Below are positions 33,390-43,575 of a stretch of 58,164 nucleotides of DNA, piece after piece; within the stretch, counting starts at the first letter, position 1; each line of letters starts with the position of its first letter. The stretch comes from Minisyncoccota bacterium. GTDB taxonomy: Bacteria; Patescibacteriota; Minisyncoccia; Phycocordibacterales; UBA9973. The stretch is taken from assembly GCA_025453495.1 (NCBI GenBank), contig JALOQM010000003.1, positions 1 through 58,164 of the forward strand, given 5' to 3'. A program made the position numbers and the translations under genes. Under the pieces are notes generated by a model, which saw nothing but the letters and a program-made list of their open reading frames with translations, was not told where the DNA came from and ran no database searches.

Positions 33390-35990
33390 ATGAAAGAAAA
33401 CAATAGGGTAGTAATAGACCACCCATGGGCAAAAACAACCGAAGAAGTACTTGTTGTGCTTGGAAGTGCTATGACTGGTCTTTCGGAGGAGGTGGCAATG
33501 AAGCGCTACTCACTATATGGCAAAAATGCATTTGCAAACAAAGAGAGTAAAAGCGTATTTGCAATTCTTGGGGCGCAGTTTACTAGCCCGCTCATTTTTA
33601 TACTGATTGCTGCCGCGATCGTGACAGGTATTCTCGGTGAATGGATTGAAGTTGGAGTTATCGCTTTTGCTGTCCTTGTGAATGCTTCGCTCGGATTTTA
33701 TCGTGAGTATCATGCAGAGCACACACTTGAAAAACTCGCAACATTTATAAAAGACCGTACGCGTGTTGTGCGTGATGGCATTGAAATCGAGATTGATTCC
33801 GAGCTCGTCGTGCCAGGAGATATTGTGCGCTTGTCATATGGTAGTCGTGTGCCAGCAGACATGCGTATCATTCGAGCTTTTTCTATAAAGCTTGATGAGT
33901 CAATCCTTACTGGAGAATCAGTACCGGTCGCTAAAACAGAGACACCGGTACCAGTGACTGCAATTGTTGCTGAGCGGATAAATATGGTACATGCGGGCAC
34001 ACTTGTAGTCGACGGCTCCGCGCTTGCAGTTGTCGTGGCGACAGGAAATAGGACAGAGATTGGCAAGATTGCCAGTTTGGTTTCAAACACGCGTCGTGCA
34101 AAAACACCTATACAAAAAGGACTTTCAAAAATTGCCTGGATTATTTTTGCACTTGTGGTTGTCCTTGTGGTAAGTATTTTTGTCCTTGGTGTCACTCGTG
34201 GAGAATCTATTTTGACAATGCTTGTGCTCTCTGCGGCTGTGGCTGTCAGTGCTGTCCCAGAAGCACTCCCGATGGCACTTACGGTGATCTTGTCGATCGG
34301 TGCTGAGCGCATTGCAAAGAAACGCGGTATTGCTCGGACACTCATGGCAGCAGAAACACTCGGATCAGCAAGTCTCATCATGACTGACAAAACAGGCACG
34401 CTTACGGAAGCTAATATGCGGCTTGTTAGTATGTATCAACTTGAAGACATTGTCAGTGACACTGCGGCAGATGCTTTGTCAGAAAGCAAAGAATTGCTTG
34501 CAATGGCGATTGGTAATATAGACGTGATCATTGAGAATCCGGAGGCCCACACTGCTGAATGGGTATTTAAAGGTAAACCATTTGAAGTAAATATCGCAAA
34601 AGCAGCGCGCGATGCCGGTATTGATGTGTCACGTTTTCGCGCAGGTCAACCATCACCTATTGTCGTCCCGTTTAATTCAACACACAAACTCTCTGTGTCA
34701 TCATCTGACGGTATGCACGTCGTGATGGGTGCTCCAGATATCTTACTTTCGCTGTCAGATAGCACTGCAAAGACCTATAGTGCAGTGGAATCATGGATTG
34801 CAAAGAAAAGTGAAGAAGGTGGACGCCTTATTGCGCTTGCTACCATGACGACTCCTGTCACAAGAGCAGTAGATGTCCAAAATATCCAATTTGCCGGAGT
34901 GCTTGTCTTTCATGATCCGGTACGCGCTGAAGTGCCAGCTGCGATAGCCCATATTGAGGCGCTTGGTGCAAAGATTGTCATGGTTACTGGTGATCTTCCT
35001 GGTACTGCGCGTTCTGTGGCGTCTGTGCTTGGATGGGAAGTAGAACAAAGTGCTATCTTAACAGGGCGAGATTTACAAGCACTCAAGGACGACGAACTTT
35101 TGGCTATCTTGCCGTCGGTAAAAATTTTTGCACGAGTAACACCAGAGGATAAATTGCGTATCGGTACGCTCTATCAGAAGCTTGGCGAAGTAGTTGCAAT
35201 GACTGGTGATGGAGTCAATGATGCGCCGTCGCTTAAAGCAGTAGATATTGGTATTGCGCTTGGTTCCGGAAGTGATGTCGCAAAAAGTGCTGCTGACCTT
35301 GTTTTGCTTGACGATAATTTCCAGACGATTAGTCACTCAATGCAAGAAGGAAGGCGTATTTTGGTCAATATCAGAAAAACGTTTGTCTACCTTATGTCAA
35401 ACTCACTTGATCAAGTATTTGTCATTGGTGGCAGTCTCATGCTTGGTATTCCGCTTCCGACTTCAGCACTTCAGATTATCTGGGTGAATCTTTTTACGGG
35501 CAGTCTTCCTGCGCTTGCATTTGCGTATGATGAAGATTTCGACCATGTCGCGCCAAAAAATCGTACGCTCAAATCGATATTTACACGAGAGGTTAATTTA
35601 CTAACATTTGGCATTGGTGCGGTAAGTTCTCTGCTTTTGTTTGTCATGTATGCGCTACTCCTTCATTATGGCGTAGCATTACCACTTGCACGATCAGTAT
35701 TCTTTGTTTGTTTCTCTTCATATATATTGGTTGCAGCATATTCGTTTCGTAGTTTACGAAAGCCACTCTTTTCGTACCCACTGTTTTCAAACAAAAAACT
35801 CAATCAGGCTGTCCTTATTGCTTTCGGGCTTATTATTGCAACAATGACACTACCAGTATTTCGTGAGCTATTTGGCCTCGCGGCGATTCCGCTACTCTGG
35901 CTGTTGTTTGTACTGGGTTGGCTTGTGCTAAACGTTTTGCTTGTTGAAGGAGCGAAATATGTATTTAGAAGGGAAAGATTCCGCGCATAA
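33390..35990 (+). CDS. P-type cation-transporting ATPase (type II-like, Ca2+/Mg2+ family)
   Basis: Phosphorylation motif MTDKTGTLT, TGES, hinge TGDGVNDAPSLK, ten TM helices. The ORF-track TTG start 33372 falls inside the -10 box. Confidence 0.9.
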   Translation: MKENNRVVIDHPWAKTTEEVLVVLGSAMTGLSEEVAMKRYSLYGKNAFANKESKSVFAILGAQFTSPLIFILIAAAIVTGILGEWIEVGVIAFAVLVNASLGFYREYHAEHTLEKLATFIKDRTRVVRDGIEIEIDSELVVPGDIVRLSYGSRVPADMRIIRAFSIKLDESILTGESVPVAKTETPVPVTAIVAERINMVHAGTLVVDGSALAVVVATGNRTEIGKIASLVSNTRRAKTPIQKGLSKIAWIIFALVVVLVVSIFVLGVTRGESILTMLVLSAAVAVSAVPEALPMALTVILSIGAERIAKKRGIARTLMAAETLGSASLIMTDKTGTLTEANMRLVSMYQLEDIVSDTAADALSESKELLAMAIGNIDVIIENPEAHTAEWVFKGKPFEVNIAKAARDAGIDVSRFRAGQPSPIVVPFNSTHKLSVSSSDGMHVVMGAPDILLSLSDSTAKTYSAVESWIAKKSEEGGRLIALATMTTPVTRAVDVQNIQFAGVLVFHDPVRAEVPAAIAHIEALGAKIVMVTGDLPGTARSVASVLGWEVEQSAILTGRDLQALKDDELLAILPSVKIFARVTPEDKLRIGTLYQKLGEVVAMTGDGVNDAPSLKAVDIGIALGSGSDVAKSAADLVLLDDNFQTISHSMQEGRRILVNIRKTFVYLMSNSLDQVFVIGGSLMLGIPLPTSALQIIWVNLFTGSLPALAFAYDEDFDHVAPKNRTLKSIFTREVNLLTFGIGAVSSLLLFVMYALLLHYGVALPLARSVFFVCFSSYILVAAYSFRSLRKPLFSYPLFSNKKLNQAVLIAFGLIIATMTLPVFRELFGLAAIPLLWLLFVLGWLVLNVLLVEGAKYVFRRERFRA

Positions 35991-36073
35991 CATCTTTATA
36001 TATACTGACTATATAAGAAATTCGGGTACTATTCAAAGATACTGCCGCCGCATGGTATACTACAGCCATTATT

Positions 36074-36547
36074 ATGAATAAGTTTAATTTTTATAGTTAC
36101 ATGCACAATACATTAGTAAAGTTTCTTAATCAGCAAAATCTTGGTCTCTTTATTATCCGTGTGGCACTTGCGGCTGTGTTTATCACTGCGGGTTGGATGA
36201 AGCTTGCGTCTATGGATCAAGTTATCGGAATGTTTGCAATGATCGGTCTTACCCCATTCTTTGCATGGCTCGTTGCTCTTGTTGAGCTTGTCGGTGGCGT
36301 ATCTCTTTTGCTTGGTATTTTTACCCGCTATGCTGGAATCGCCATTGCAGTAATTATGGTATTTGCGATCGTACTCGTCAAAGGAAAGATGGGATTTATG
36401 GCGTATCAGTCTGATCTTGTGATTCTTGCGGCAGCGCTTGGTATTGCACTTCTCGGTCCAGGTCGCTGGAGTTTGAGTTCAGGTACAGGTGTCTGTGCTT
36501 GTTGTGATAAATGCAAAGATGGTACTTGTAACTCCTCGTCACAGTAG
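36074..36547 (+). CDS. DoxX-family membrane protein with a Cys-rich tail
   Basis: Four TM helices with a DoxX-like pattern (FIIRVALAAVFITAGWMKL). C-terminus CACCDKCKDGTC. Confidence 0.6.
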   Translation: MNKFNFYSYMHNTLVKFLNQQNLGLFIIRVALAAVFITAGWMKLASMDQVIGMFAMIGLTPFFAWLVALVELVGGVSLLLGIFTRYAGIAIAVIMVFAIVLVKGKMGFMAYQSDLVILAAALGIALLGPGRWSLSSGTGVCACCDKCKDGTCNSSSQ

Positions 36548-36567
36548 TCACTTCTGCAAATAAAAAA

Positions 36568-36595
36568 GCGAATTCCGAAACGGAATTCGCTTTTT
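36568..36595 (+). terminator. Rho-independent terminator
   Basis: gcgaattccg-aaa-cggaattcgc followed by T5. Confidence 0.8.
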
Positions 36596-36722
36596 GTTTA
36601 TTCTGGGATTGTGAGAGCAAGACATTGTTGCTATAGTGCTACGCTTTGACATTTTATAAAACCACACTATATGTATACATGAAGTCAATATTTCTTCTCT
36701 ATATACCCTTCTGTGTATTGTG

Positions 36723-36728
36723 TATAAT
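36723..36728 (+). promoter_or_regulatory. -10 box TATAAT, 6 nt upstream of ATG 36735
   Basis: TATAAT at 36723-36728. Confidence 0.4.
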
Positions 36729-36734
36729 GCGTGC

Positions 36735-37868
36735 ATGCAAAGAAATGTCTTCCACATGTTTATGAAAAATAAGCATCACTACAAACCCATAGTGATATTG
36801 CTTGCAATCGCACTTCTTGTGTTGCTTGCAGTGCATGCAATGAGCTATGCAGAGTATTTTTCTGTACAGTATGATGCAGCAGTCGGTGAAGTTTCAAATA
36901 AAGAAATTCCGAAAGAAAAGAAACTCCCTCCACTCGATACTGTCGACTACGATCGCCGCATGCTTGCACTTGCGAACAACCCGCCTCCACCAGTACCGAT
37001 TACAAACCCAGATGGGACGATTACAGAAGTGCCACCAGTAGAAACAGGTTGGCCAGTCAAAGGCTTGCCGTATCCAAATCCTGGTGCATTGCTCCCGTTT
37101 CATCGTATCGTTGCATATTACGGTAATTTCTACTCAACGAAGATGGGAGCGCTTGGCGAGTATGAGCCAGAAGTAATGCTTGCAAAGCTCAAAGCAGAAA
37201 AAGCTGCATGGGAAGCAGCTGATCCAACGACACCCGTTATACCAGCACTACATTATATTGCTTCCACAGCACAGAAAAATCCCGGCGCAGATGGTATATA
37301 TAGTCTACGAATGCCAGACGCACATATTGAAAAAGCAATTGCTCTTGCCAAAGAAATTGATGGAGTGGTGTTTCTTGATCTACAAATTGGCCATTCGACA
37401 GTTGAGCGCGAGATTCCTATACTTCGAAAGTATCTCTCACTCCCACAAGTACATCTAGGGCTTGATCCAGAATTTGCAATGAAGACCGGGGCAGTACCTG
37501 GTACTATGATCGGCACTTTGGATGCAAAAGATATAAACTGGGCTGCTGAGTATCTTGCCTCACTTGTACGCGAATATAATTTGCCACCAAAAGTACTAGT
37601 CGTGCATCGCTTCACCAGTAAAATGCTTACTAACTATCAGGATATTCGCCCATTACCTGAAGTGCAGATTGTCATAGAAATGGACGGTTGGGGGTTTGGT
37701 GCAAAGAAAATAAATACCTACAAGCATGTCATCTATAGTGAGCCGGTGCAATTTACGGGCTTCAAGATTTTTTACAAAAACGATCTTAAACCACCGTCTA
37801 CACGTCTATTGACGCCTTCAGAAATTCTTGATCTATCTCCCAAGCCTATCTATATTCAGTATCAATAA
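36735..37868 (+). CDS. Hypothetical exported/membrane-anchored protein
   Basis: N-terminal TM/signal helix (PIVILLAIALLVLLAV) and a Pro-rich linker. No recognisable catalytic motif. Confidence 0.5.
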   Translation: MQRNVFHMFMKNKHHYKPIVILLAIALLVLLAVHAMSYAEYFSVQYDAAVGEVSNKEIPKEKKLPPLDTVDYDRRMLALANNPPPPVPITNPDGTITEVPPVETGWPVKGLPYPNPGALLPFHRIVAYYGNFYSTKMGALGEYEPEVMLAKLKAEKAAWEAADPTTPVIPALHYIASTAQKNPGADGIYSLRMPDAHIEKAIALAKEIDGVVFLDLQIGHSTVEREIPILRKYLSLPQVHLGLDPEFAMKTGAVPGTMIGTLDAKDINWAAEYLASLVREYNLPPKVLVVHRFTSKMLTNYQDIRPLPEVQIVIEMDGWGFGAKKINTYKHVIYSEPVQFTGFKIFYKNDLKPPSTRLLTPSEILDLSPKPIYIQYQ

Positions 37869-37986
37869 TATATATAGCCAAGAGAAGTTACTAGATACTT
37901 ATACGCGTAAATTGAATATTAGCCAGAGTGCTATATAATGAGCGCATAGTAACATAGTTGTTTTATCAGATATATTCATAACTCAG

Positions 37987-39429
37987 ATGCAATTCAAAGA
38001 AAAAATGCAAGCCGTTGTGGCGTGGATCAAAAGTAAAAAAGTGTATGTTGGCATAGTTGTTGTTGTCTGTATTGTCATTTTTATGCTGGTGGGTAGAGGT
38101 GAACAGGTGGTCTCTGAAACATATACAGTAAAAAAAGAAACAGTGTCATTACAAGCGAAGCTCACTGGAAGGACAAAGTCAGGCAGCCAAGTGGCACTTG
38201 GCTTTGCCGATAATGGTCGAGTTGATAGTGTGACAGTGACAGAAGGAGATCGTGTTCGGAAGGGCGCACTGCTTGCATCGCTTGAACTCAGTGATCTGTA
38301 TGCTGACCTTTCCGAAGCACAAGCAAGTGTTGTGATTGCGCAGTCACAAGCATCTGGTAGTGCCGCGAGTCTCGAAAAGATCATAAATGAACAAAATACG
38401 CTTGTTGCAAATGCCAAAAAAGCACTCCTCTCTGATGATCTTGCAGCTGTCGCAGAAGACTCTTCGACAGACAGGACCGCTCCGACTATCTCAGGAAATT
38501 ACAGAGGTGAAGAAGGAGAATACATTATCCGTATATATACCTCTGGCTCAAAGAGTGGGTACTCTTTTGAGGTGAGTGGTATAGAAGAAAATATTATTGA
38601 TAATGTAACTACTGAACAAGCTGTACCGCTTGGGACAAAGGGTCTCTATATACAATTTCCTGAAGCATCAGGGTATGGAAATACAGAATGGATTGTTTCA
38701 ATACCAAATAAGCGATCAAGCTCCTATACAAAAAATTACAATGCGTACTTGGCGGCTGTTTCGACAAGAGATCGCGTAATTACTGAGGCGAAAAATGATC
38801 TTTTGGAAAGTAGTAGCAGTAACTCACTTCTCGCAGCGAAAATTGACCAGGCGAAAGCACAAGTCTCTGCGGTGCGTGCACGGATCGCTAAGCGCATGAT
38901 TGTCGCGCCGTTTGATGGTATTGTCGCATCAGTCAATGTAGAACAAGGAGAGACAGCAAGAGCAGAATCAACTATTACACTTATTTCAGATACTGATTAT
39001 GAGGTAGTCGCAAAAGTACCAGAACTTGATATTGGTAAACTCACCGTTGGCGCCGAAGCTTCTATACTCCTTGACGCGTATCCAGGTGAGACATTTCCAG
39101 GAAAAGTACTTTCTATAAACCCTGCAGAAACAATTGTCGACGGAGTGCCAGTCTATGAAGCAAAGATACTCTTTTCTCCACTTGATCCGAAAGTTCGTTC
39201 TGGTATGACAGCGACAGTTATTGTGGGGGCAGCTTCGCAATCTGGCGTAATTGCTGTGCCAACACGTTTTCTTGTATCTGCAAATGGCGAGACACTCGTA
39301 TCTGTAATTACAGAAAATGGATCAGAAAAAAGACCAGTTACTCTTGGATTGAAGGGGAGTGAGGGTATGGTGGAAGTCATAAGTGGTCTTTCAGAAGGAG
39401 ATAAGATAGAGCTACCATCAAAAGACTAG
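37987..39429 (+). CDS. HlyD/MacA-type periplasmic adaptor (membrane fusion protein)
   Basis: N-terminal TM helix, lipoyl-like hairpin plus coiled coil, barrel region (IVAPFDGIVASVNVEQGE). Upstream of MacB-like genes. Confidence 0.75.
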   Translation: MQFKEKMQAVVAWIKSKKVYVGIVVVVCIVIFMLVGRGEQVVSETYTVKKETVSLQAKLTGRTKSGSQVALGFADNGRVDSVTVTEGDRVRKGALLASLELSDLYADLSEAQASVVIAQSQASGSAASLEKIINEQNTLVANAKKALLSDDLAAVAEDSSTDRTAPTISGNYRGEEGEYIIRIYTSGSKSGYSFEVSGIEENIIDNVTTEQAVPLGTKGLYIQFPEASGYGNTEWIVSIPNKRSSSYTKNYNAYLAAVSTRDRVITEAKNDLLESSSSNSLLAAKIDQAKAQVSAVRARIAKRMIVAPFDGIVASVNVEQGETARAESTITLISDTDYEVVAKVPELDIGKLTVGAEASILLDAYPGETFPGKVLSINPAETIVDGVPVYEAKILFSPLDPKVRSGMTATVIVGAASQSGVIAVPTRFLVSANGETLVSVITENGSEKRPVTLGLKGSEGMVEVISGLSEGDKIELPSKD

Positions 39430-39430
39430 T

Positions 39431-40684
39431 ATGAAGTCGTTTCTCATCGATTGCAGAGTCGGATTTTTCCTTGGACTGCGACAGTTGTATCGTTCAAGTA
39501 TTTGGACGACAGTGCTTATTATGTTTATCATGACACTGACATTCCTTAATCTAGTTGTTATTTCAGGTATTCTTGTCGGTTTGATTGAAGGAGGAAATAT
39601 TGCCAATCGCAAACAGTATACTGGTGATGTCATTATTACCAAACGGGCAGGAGAACCTTCAATAGAACGAACTCCGGAGCTCTTGGCGACACTTGAGAAT
39701 ATGCCCGCTGTTGAGCGGTACTCCGCACGGTATCTCAAAGGGGGTAGTATTGAAGCCAATTACAAAACACGCAAAGATTTCAATGCTCTGCCAGATACTG
39801 TCGGTGCGCAAATCGCCGGTATCAATATTGCAAAAGAAGACGCTCTCTCAGGTATTTCAGATTATGTAGTAGAAGGGAGATTTCTTGATCCTGACTCGAC
39901 CGGTGAAGTAGTGATTGGTGCAAATATGCTTCGACGGTTTTCTTCTGCATTTGGTGATGGTTTCGATTCTCTTGATGGTGTGTATCCTGGTGATACTGTC
40001 AAAATTACTGTTGAAGATCGTACAAAAGAATTCCGTGTTGTTGGTATCGTCAAATCCAAAGTTGGAGAAGTATCTTTTCGTACGTACATGAATATGAATG
40101 ACTATCGCACACTTGCAAATAGTACTGATCTTAATGCGAGTGAAATCGCAATAGTGCATAATGGTATTATTAGTGATGAAGTACTTAAGAACATGCTTGT
40201 GTCTGAATTTGGTGCCGGTGCAAAGATCCAGACAGCAACTGAGGCCATACCGCAATTCTTGAATGACATTAGAACTGCATTTAGTTTGCTTGGAAACGTC
40301 ATTGGCGGCATCGGTATTATTGTGGCGTCAGTGACTATGTTTATCGTTATATTCATTAATGCCATCACGAGAAGAAAATATATCGGTATTTTGAAGGGAA
40401 TCGGTGTCTCAGGGAGAGCAATTCAAGGTGCCTATATCCTGCAGTCACTTTTCTTTGCATTAAGCGGTGCAATTATCGGAACCATAATCATCTATGGCTT
40501 ACTTGTGCCTGCATTTGCTGCAAATCCACTTGATTTCCCTTTTTCTGACGGTATTCTCGTGGCGACGGCGTCTGGTACGACCACCCGTGCTGTTTTGCTT
40601 TTGTGTATTACTTTAATTGCTGGGTATATTCCAGCACGAATGATTGTCAGAAAAAATACCCTTGATTCTATCTTGGGAAGATAA
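39431..40684 (+). CDS. ABC transporter permease (FtsX/MacB-type)
   Basis: TM1, a large extracytoplasmic domain, then three TM helices. Confidence 0.8.
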   Translation: MKSFLIDCRVGFFLGLRQLYRSSIWTTVLIMFIMTLTFLNLVVISGILVGLIEGGNIANRKQYTGDVIITKRAGEPSIERTPELLATLENMPAVERYSARYLKGGSIEANYKTRKDFNALPDTVGAQIAGINIAKEDALSGISDYVVEGRFLDPDSTGEVVIGANMLRRFSSAFGDGFDSLDGVYPGDTVKITVEDRTKEFRVVGIVKSKVGEVSFRTYMNMNDYRTLANSTDLNASEIAIVHNGIISDEVLKNMLVSEFGAGAKIQTATEAIPQFLNDIRTAFSLLGNVIGGIGIIVASVTMFIVIFINAITRRKYIGILKGIGVSGRAIQGAYILQSLFFALSGAIIGTIIIYGLLVPAFAANPLDFPFSDGILVATASGTTTRAVLLLCITLIAGYIPARMIVRKNTLDSILGR

Positions 40685-40688
40685 TGTC

Positions 40689-41369
40689 ATGATACAAGTA
40701 CAAAATCTAAAAAAAATATTTGTCACAAAACATGTCGAGACTTCTGTCTTGAAGGGTATTAGTCTTTCAATACCCGAAGGACAATTTGTGGCTATTATGG
40801 GTAAATCAGGTGCTGGTAAGTCTACGCTTATGTATCAGATGGGCCTCCTTGATCATCCGACCGCAGGTACTATTGAGATTGATGGCATACATACAGATAC
40901 ATTGTCACAAAATGCACGTACAAAATTACGACTCAACAGTCTTGGATATATTTTCCAAGATTACGCACTGGTGCCAGAACTCACCGCACTCGAGAACGTC
41001 ATGGTCCCATTACTCATGCAGGGTCTTTCAAAAGAAGACGCTCGTCGTGATGCACTCGCAGCACTTGTAAAAATTGGTCTTGGACATAGACACGGCAACC
41101 TCCCAAGTCAACTCTCTGGTGGCGAGCAGCAACGTGTGTCTATTGCACGCGCTGTAGCGCATAAGCCAAAGATTGTTTTTGCTGACGAACCGACAGCAAA
41201 CCTCGACAATGCAGCAAGTAAAGTAGTTATAGAAATTTTCCGCGATTTACATGCGCAAGGACAGACGATTGTCATGGTGACACACGAGCCAGAATATACG
41301 ACGTATTGTGATCGTATAATTCATCTTGATGATGGGCTTGTCGTATCAGACGAAATCAGAAAACACTAA
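40689..41369 (+). CDS. ABC transporter ATP-binding protein (MacB/LolD-like)
   Basis: GKSGAGKST, LSGGEQQR, VFADEPTANLD. ATG 40689 (MIQVQNLKK) is preferred over the overlapping ORF-track start 40644. Confidence 0.9.
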   Translation: MIQVQNLKKIFVTKHVETSVLKGISLSIPEGQFVAIMGKSGAGKSTLMYQMGLLDHPTAGTIEIDGIHTDTLSQNARTKLRLNSLGYIFQDYALVPELTALENVMVPLLMQGLSKEDARRDALAALVKIGLGHRHGNLPSQLSGGEQQRVSIARAVAHKPKIVFADEPTANLDNAASKVVIEIFRDLHAQGQTIVMVTHEPEYTTYCDRIIHLDDGLVVSDEIRKH

Positions 41370-41391
41370 TTAGTGGTTGCTATATCATATA

Positions 41392-41400
41392 TGATATACT
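41392..41400 (+). promoter_or_regulatory. Extended -10 (TGaTATACT), 6 nt upstream of ATG 41407
   Basis: TG at 41392-41393, TATACT at 41395-41400. Confidence 0.45.
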
Positions 41401-41406
41401 TTTTTA

Positions 41407-42816
41407 ATGCAGAAAGTGCATCTTATCGGTATATGTGGCAAGGCTATGGCTGGACTTGCGGTCATTTTGCGTGAACTAGGATGGGAGATTTCGGGTAGTG
41501 ATGAAGGATTTTATGATCCAGTGTACACGTATCTGAAAGAGCGTGGAATTACGTTTAGCGAAGGCTATCGCAAAGAAAATATACCTTCTGATGTATCTCT
41601 TATAGTTATCGGCAAGCATGCACGGCTTGTACCAGAAACAAACGAAGAAGTTGCTGCGGCATTTGCAAGTGGTGCACCAGTCAAATCATTGCCGGAAGTG
41701 TTCCATGATCTTATGGAAATAACTGATAACATTGTCGTCGCAGGGAGCTTTGGCAAGTCGACATGCACATCGCTCATTACGTGGTGTCTTCTCAATGCAG
41801 GACGAGATCCTTCCTATATGATTGGCGCAGTCCCATTTGGTTTTGTTACTGCCGCACATCACGGTAAGGATCCAATTTTCGTCATAGAAGGCGATGAATA
41901 CCCATCTTCAAATTGGGATCAAAAATCAAAATTTCTCTACTACCGTCCAAAAACCGTGCTCCTTACTTCTGGAGAGCATGATCATCTAAATGTTTTTCCG
42001 ACACTTGAAGAATATCTCTCACCGTTTAAGGAACTTGTGCGTGGTCTTGCTGTTGATGATTTGGTTGTCGCAAGCAAAAATGGCGCACACATAAGAGAAA
42101 TACTTTCACATACACATGCCCGTGTTGTCACATATGGCCTTGATGCTTCTGCTGACTGGTATGCAAAAGATATCATGTATGGCGCGGAGACAACTTTTAC
42201 GCTTTGTCATAAAGATACGACTATAACAACGCTTTCAACCTCATTGCTTGGTGCGTATAATGTAGAAAATTGCGTCGGCTGTGCCGCACTTCTTCTTACA
42301 AAAGGAATACTTACTCCAGACGAGGTTGCCAACGGCATTAGGACATTTCAAGGAGTGTCTGGACGTTTGGATCAGAAACCAGCAAAAGCCTCGCCATTTA
42401 TATATGAAGTCTACGGCTCATCACAGGCGAAGCTCAAATCATCGATTGAAGCACTCAAACTCCACTTTCCGGATCGTCGCATGATTGCCGTATTTGAGCC
42501 GCATACGTTTTCTTGGCGTAATCGAACGGCACTGCCATGGTATGAGCACATTTTTGATGACATGCATGCAGTATTCGTTTTTGAACCGCCGACGCATGGT
42601 GCGAATGCCAATCAACTGACACTTACTGAAATCGTTGAAAAAATCAGAGAAACACATCCGCTCGTCTATTCAATTCAAAGTAAAGAAGAGGGAATTGCGA
42701 AAGTAGCTTCGATTCTTGAGTCAGAAGATATTATACTTCTTATTACTTCAGGAGATCTTGGTGGTATGATTCCTGGAATACTACAACTGGCTGAAGAGAA
42801 ATTCCCACTATCATAA
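41407..42816 (+). CDS. Mur ligase family protein (Mpl/MurC-like)
   Basis: N-terminus HLIGICGKAMAGLA...GSDE. P-loop-like GSFGKSTCTS. 469 aa. Confidence 0.75.
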   Translation: MQKVHLIGICGKAMAGLAVILRELGWEISGSDEGFYDPVYTYLKERGITFSEGYRKENIPSDVSLIVIGKHARLVPETNEEVAAAFASGAPVKSLPEVFHDLMEITDNIVVAGSFGKSTCTSLITWCLLNAGRDPSYMIGAVPFGFVTAAHHGKDPIFVIEGDEYPSSNWDQKSKFLYYRPKTVLLTSGEHDHLNVFPTLEEYLSPFKELVRGLAVDDLVVASKNGAHIREILSHTHARVVTYGLDASADWYAKDIMYGAETTFTLCHKDTTITTLSTSLLGAYNVENCVGCAALLLTKGILTPDEVANGIRTFQGVSGRLDQKPAKASPFIYEVYGSSQAKLKSSIEALKLHFPDRRMIAVFEPHTFSWRNRTALPWYEHIFDDMHAVFVFEPPTHGANANQLTLTEIVEKIRETHPLVYSIQSKEEGIAKVASILESEDIILLITSGDLGGMIPGILQLAEEKFPLS

Positions 42817-42820
42817 AGAG

Positions 42821-43573
42821 ATGCCACGAATATTTTTAAGTGAATATGTGCATTCCTATGATACGTATACGTTCGGGTATACACTGTATGCTGAGCGTTT
42901 GAATGGAGAATCTCTCGATATGATTTGGGAACAAGGATTTTTGACATACACAGGAAAGTGGCGTTCTGAGTGTTCCAATATGTTCTACATGACAAGAAGC
43001 ACTCGCGTTGATCTTTCTCGTTTTACGCCTTCGAGCGAGAATCGAAGGATCAGGCGCAAGCTTGAACAAATGTCGCTTACTGTCACTGAATATATAGCCG
43101 CGAATTTCGCGGAGAATGATGCGATGATGGATTTCTGCTTGTCGAATTTCAAGGCGGCGCATGCGATGCCGAAAGAGCGGCTCAAGCGAGTGCTCTTGTG
43201 GGCGCCCGAGACAAAAGTCATAGAGTACAAGGATGGGGAAGGAAACCCGCGCGCGTATATCATCGAGATCAGAGGTGGGTACTCGTCGCATCATTACTAT
43301 GATTTTTATGATCAATCGCTTGGGCATCTCTCCTTTGGTGCGTGGCTTATGCTTGATCGCATCGAGGCCGCAAAAGCGCGCGGGGAGACGAAGTACTATC
43401 TCGGTACACTCTACGGCGAAGGTGCACTGTATAAGGCAAATTATCAGCCACTCGAATTTTGGACCGGAAATAAATGGAGTTCTGATATAGTGGCACTAAA
43501 GCAGCTTGCACGCAATGATGCACACAAGGTAGATGGTGCGCTTGATCTCTTTAAAGAAGGCACTGACTTATAG
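42821..43573 (+). CDS. Arginyl/leucyl-tRNA-protein transferase (ATE/Bpt)-like protein
   Basis: GF...FY.TRSTRVDLSRFTPSSENRRIRRK and YYLGTLYGEGALYKANYQPLEFWTGNKW resemble the Bpt/ATE conserved blocks. Confidence 0.55.
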   Translation: MPRIFLSEYVHSYDTYTFGYTLYAERLNGESLDMIWEQGFLTYTGKWRSECSNMFYMTRSTRVDLSRFTPSSENRRIRRKLEQMSLTVTEYIAANFAENDAMMDFCLSNFKAAHAMPKERLKRVLLWAPETKVIEYKDGEGNPRAYIIEIRGGYSSHHYYDFYDQSLGHLSFGAWLMLDRIEAAKARGETKYYLGTLYGEGALYKANYQPLEFWTGNKWSSDIVALKQLARNDAHKVDGALDLFKEGTDL

Positions 43574-43575
43574 GT

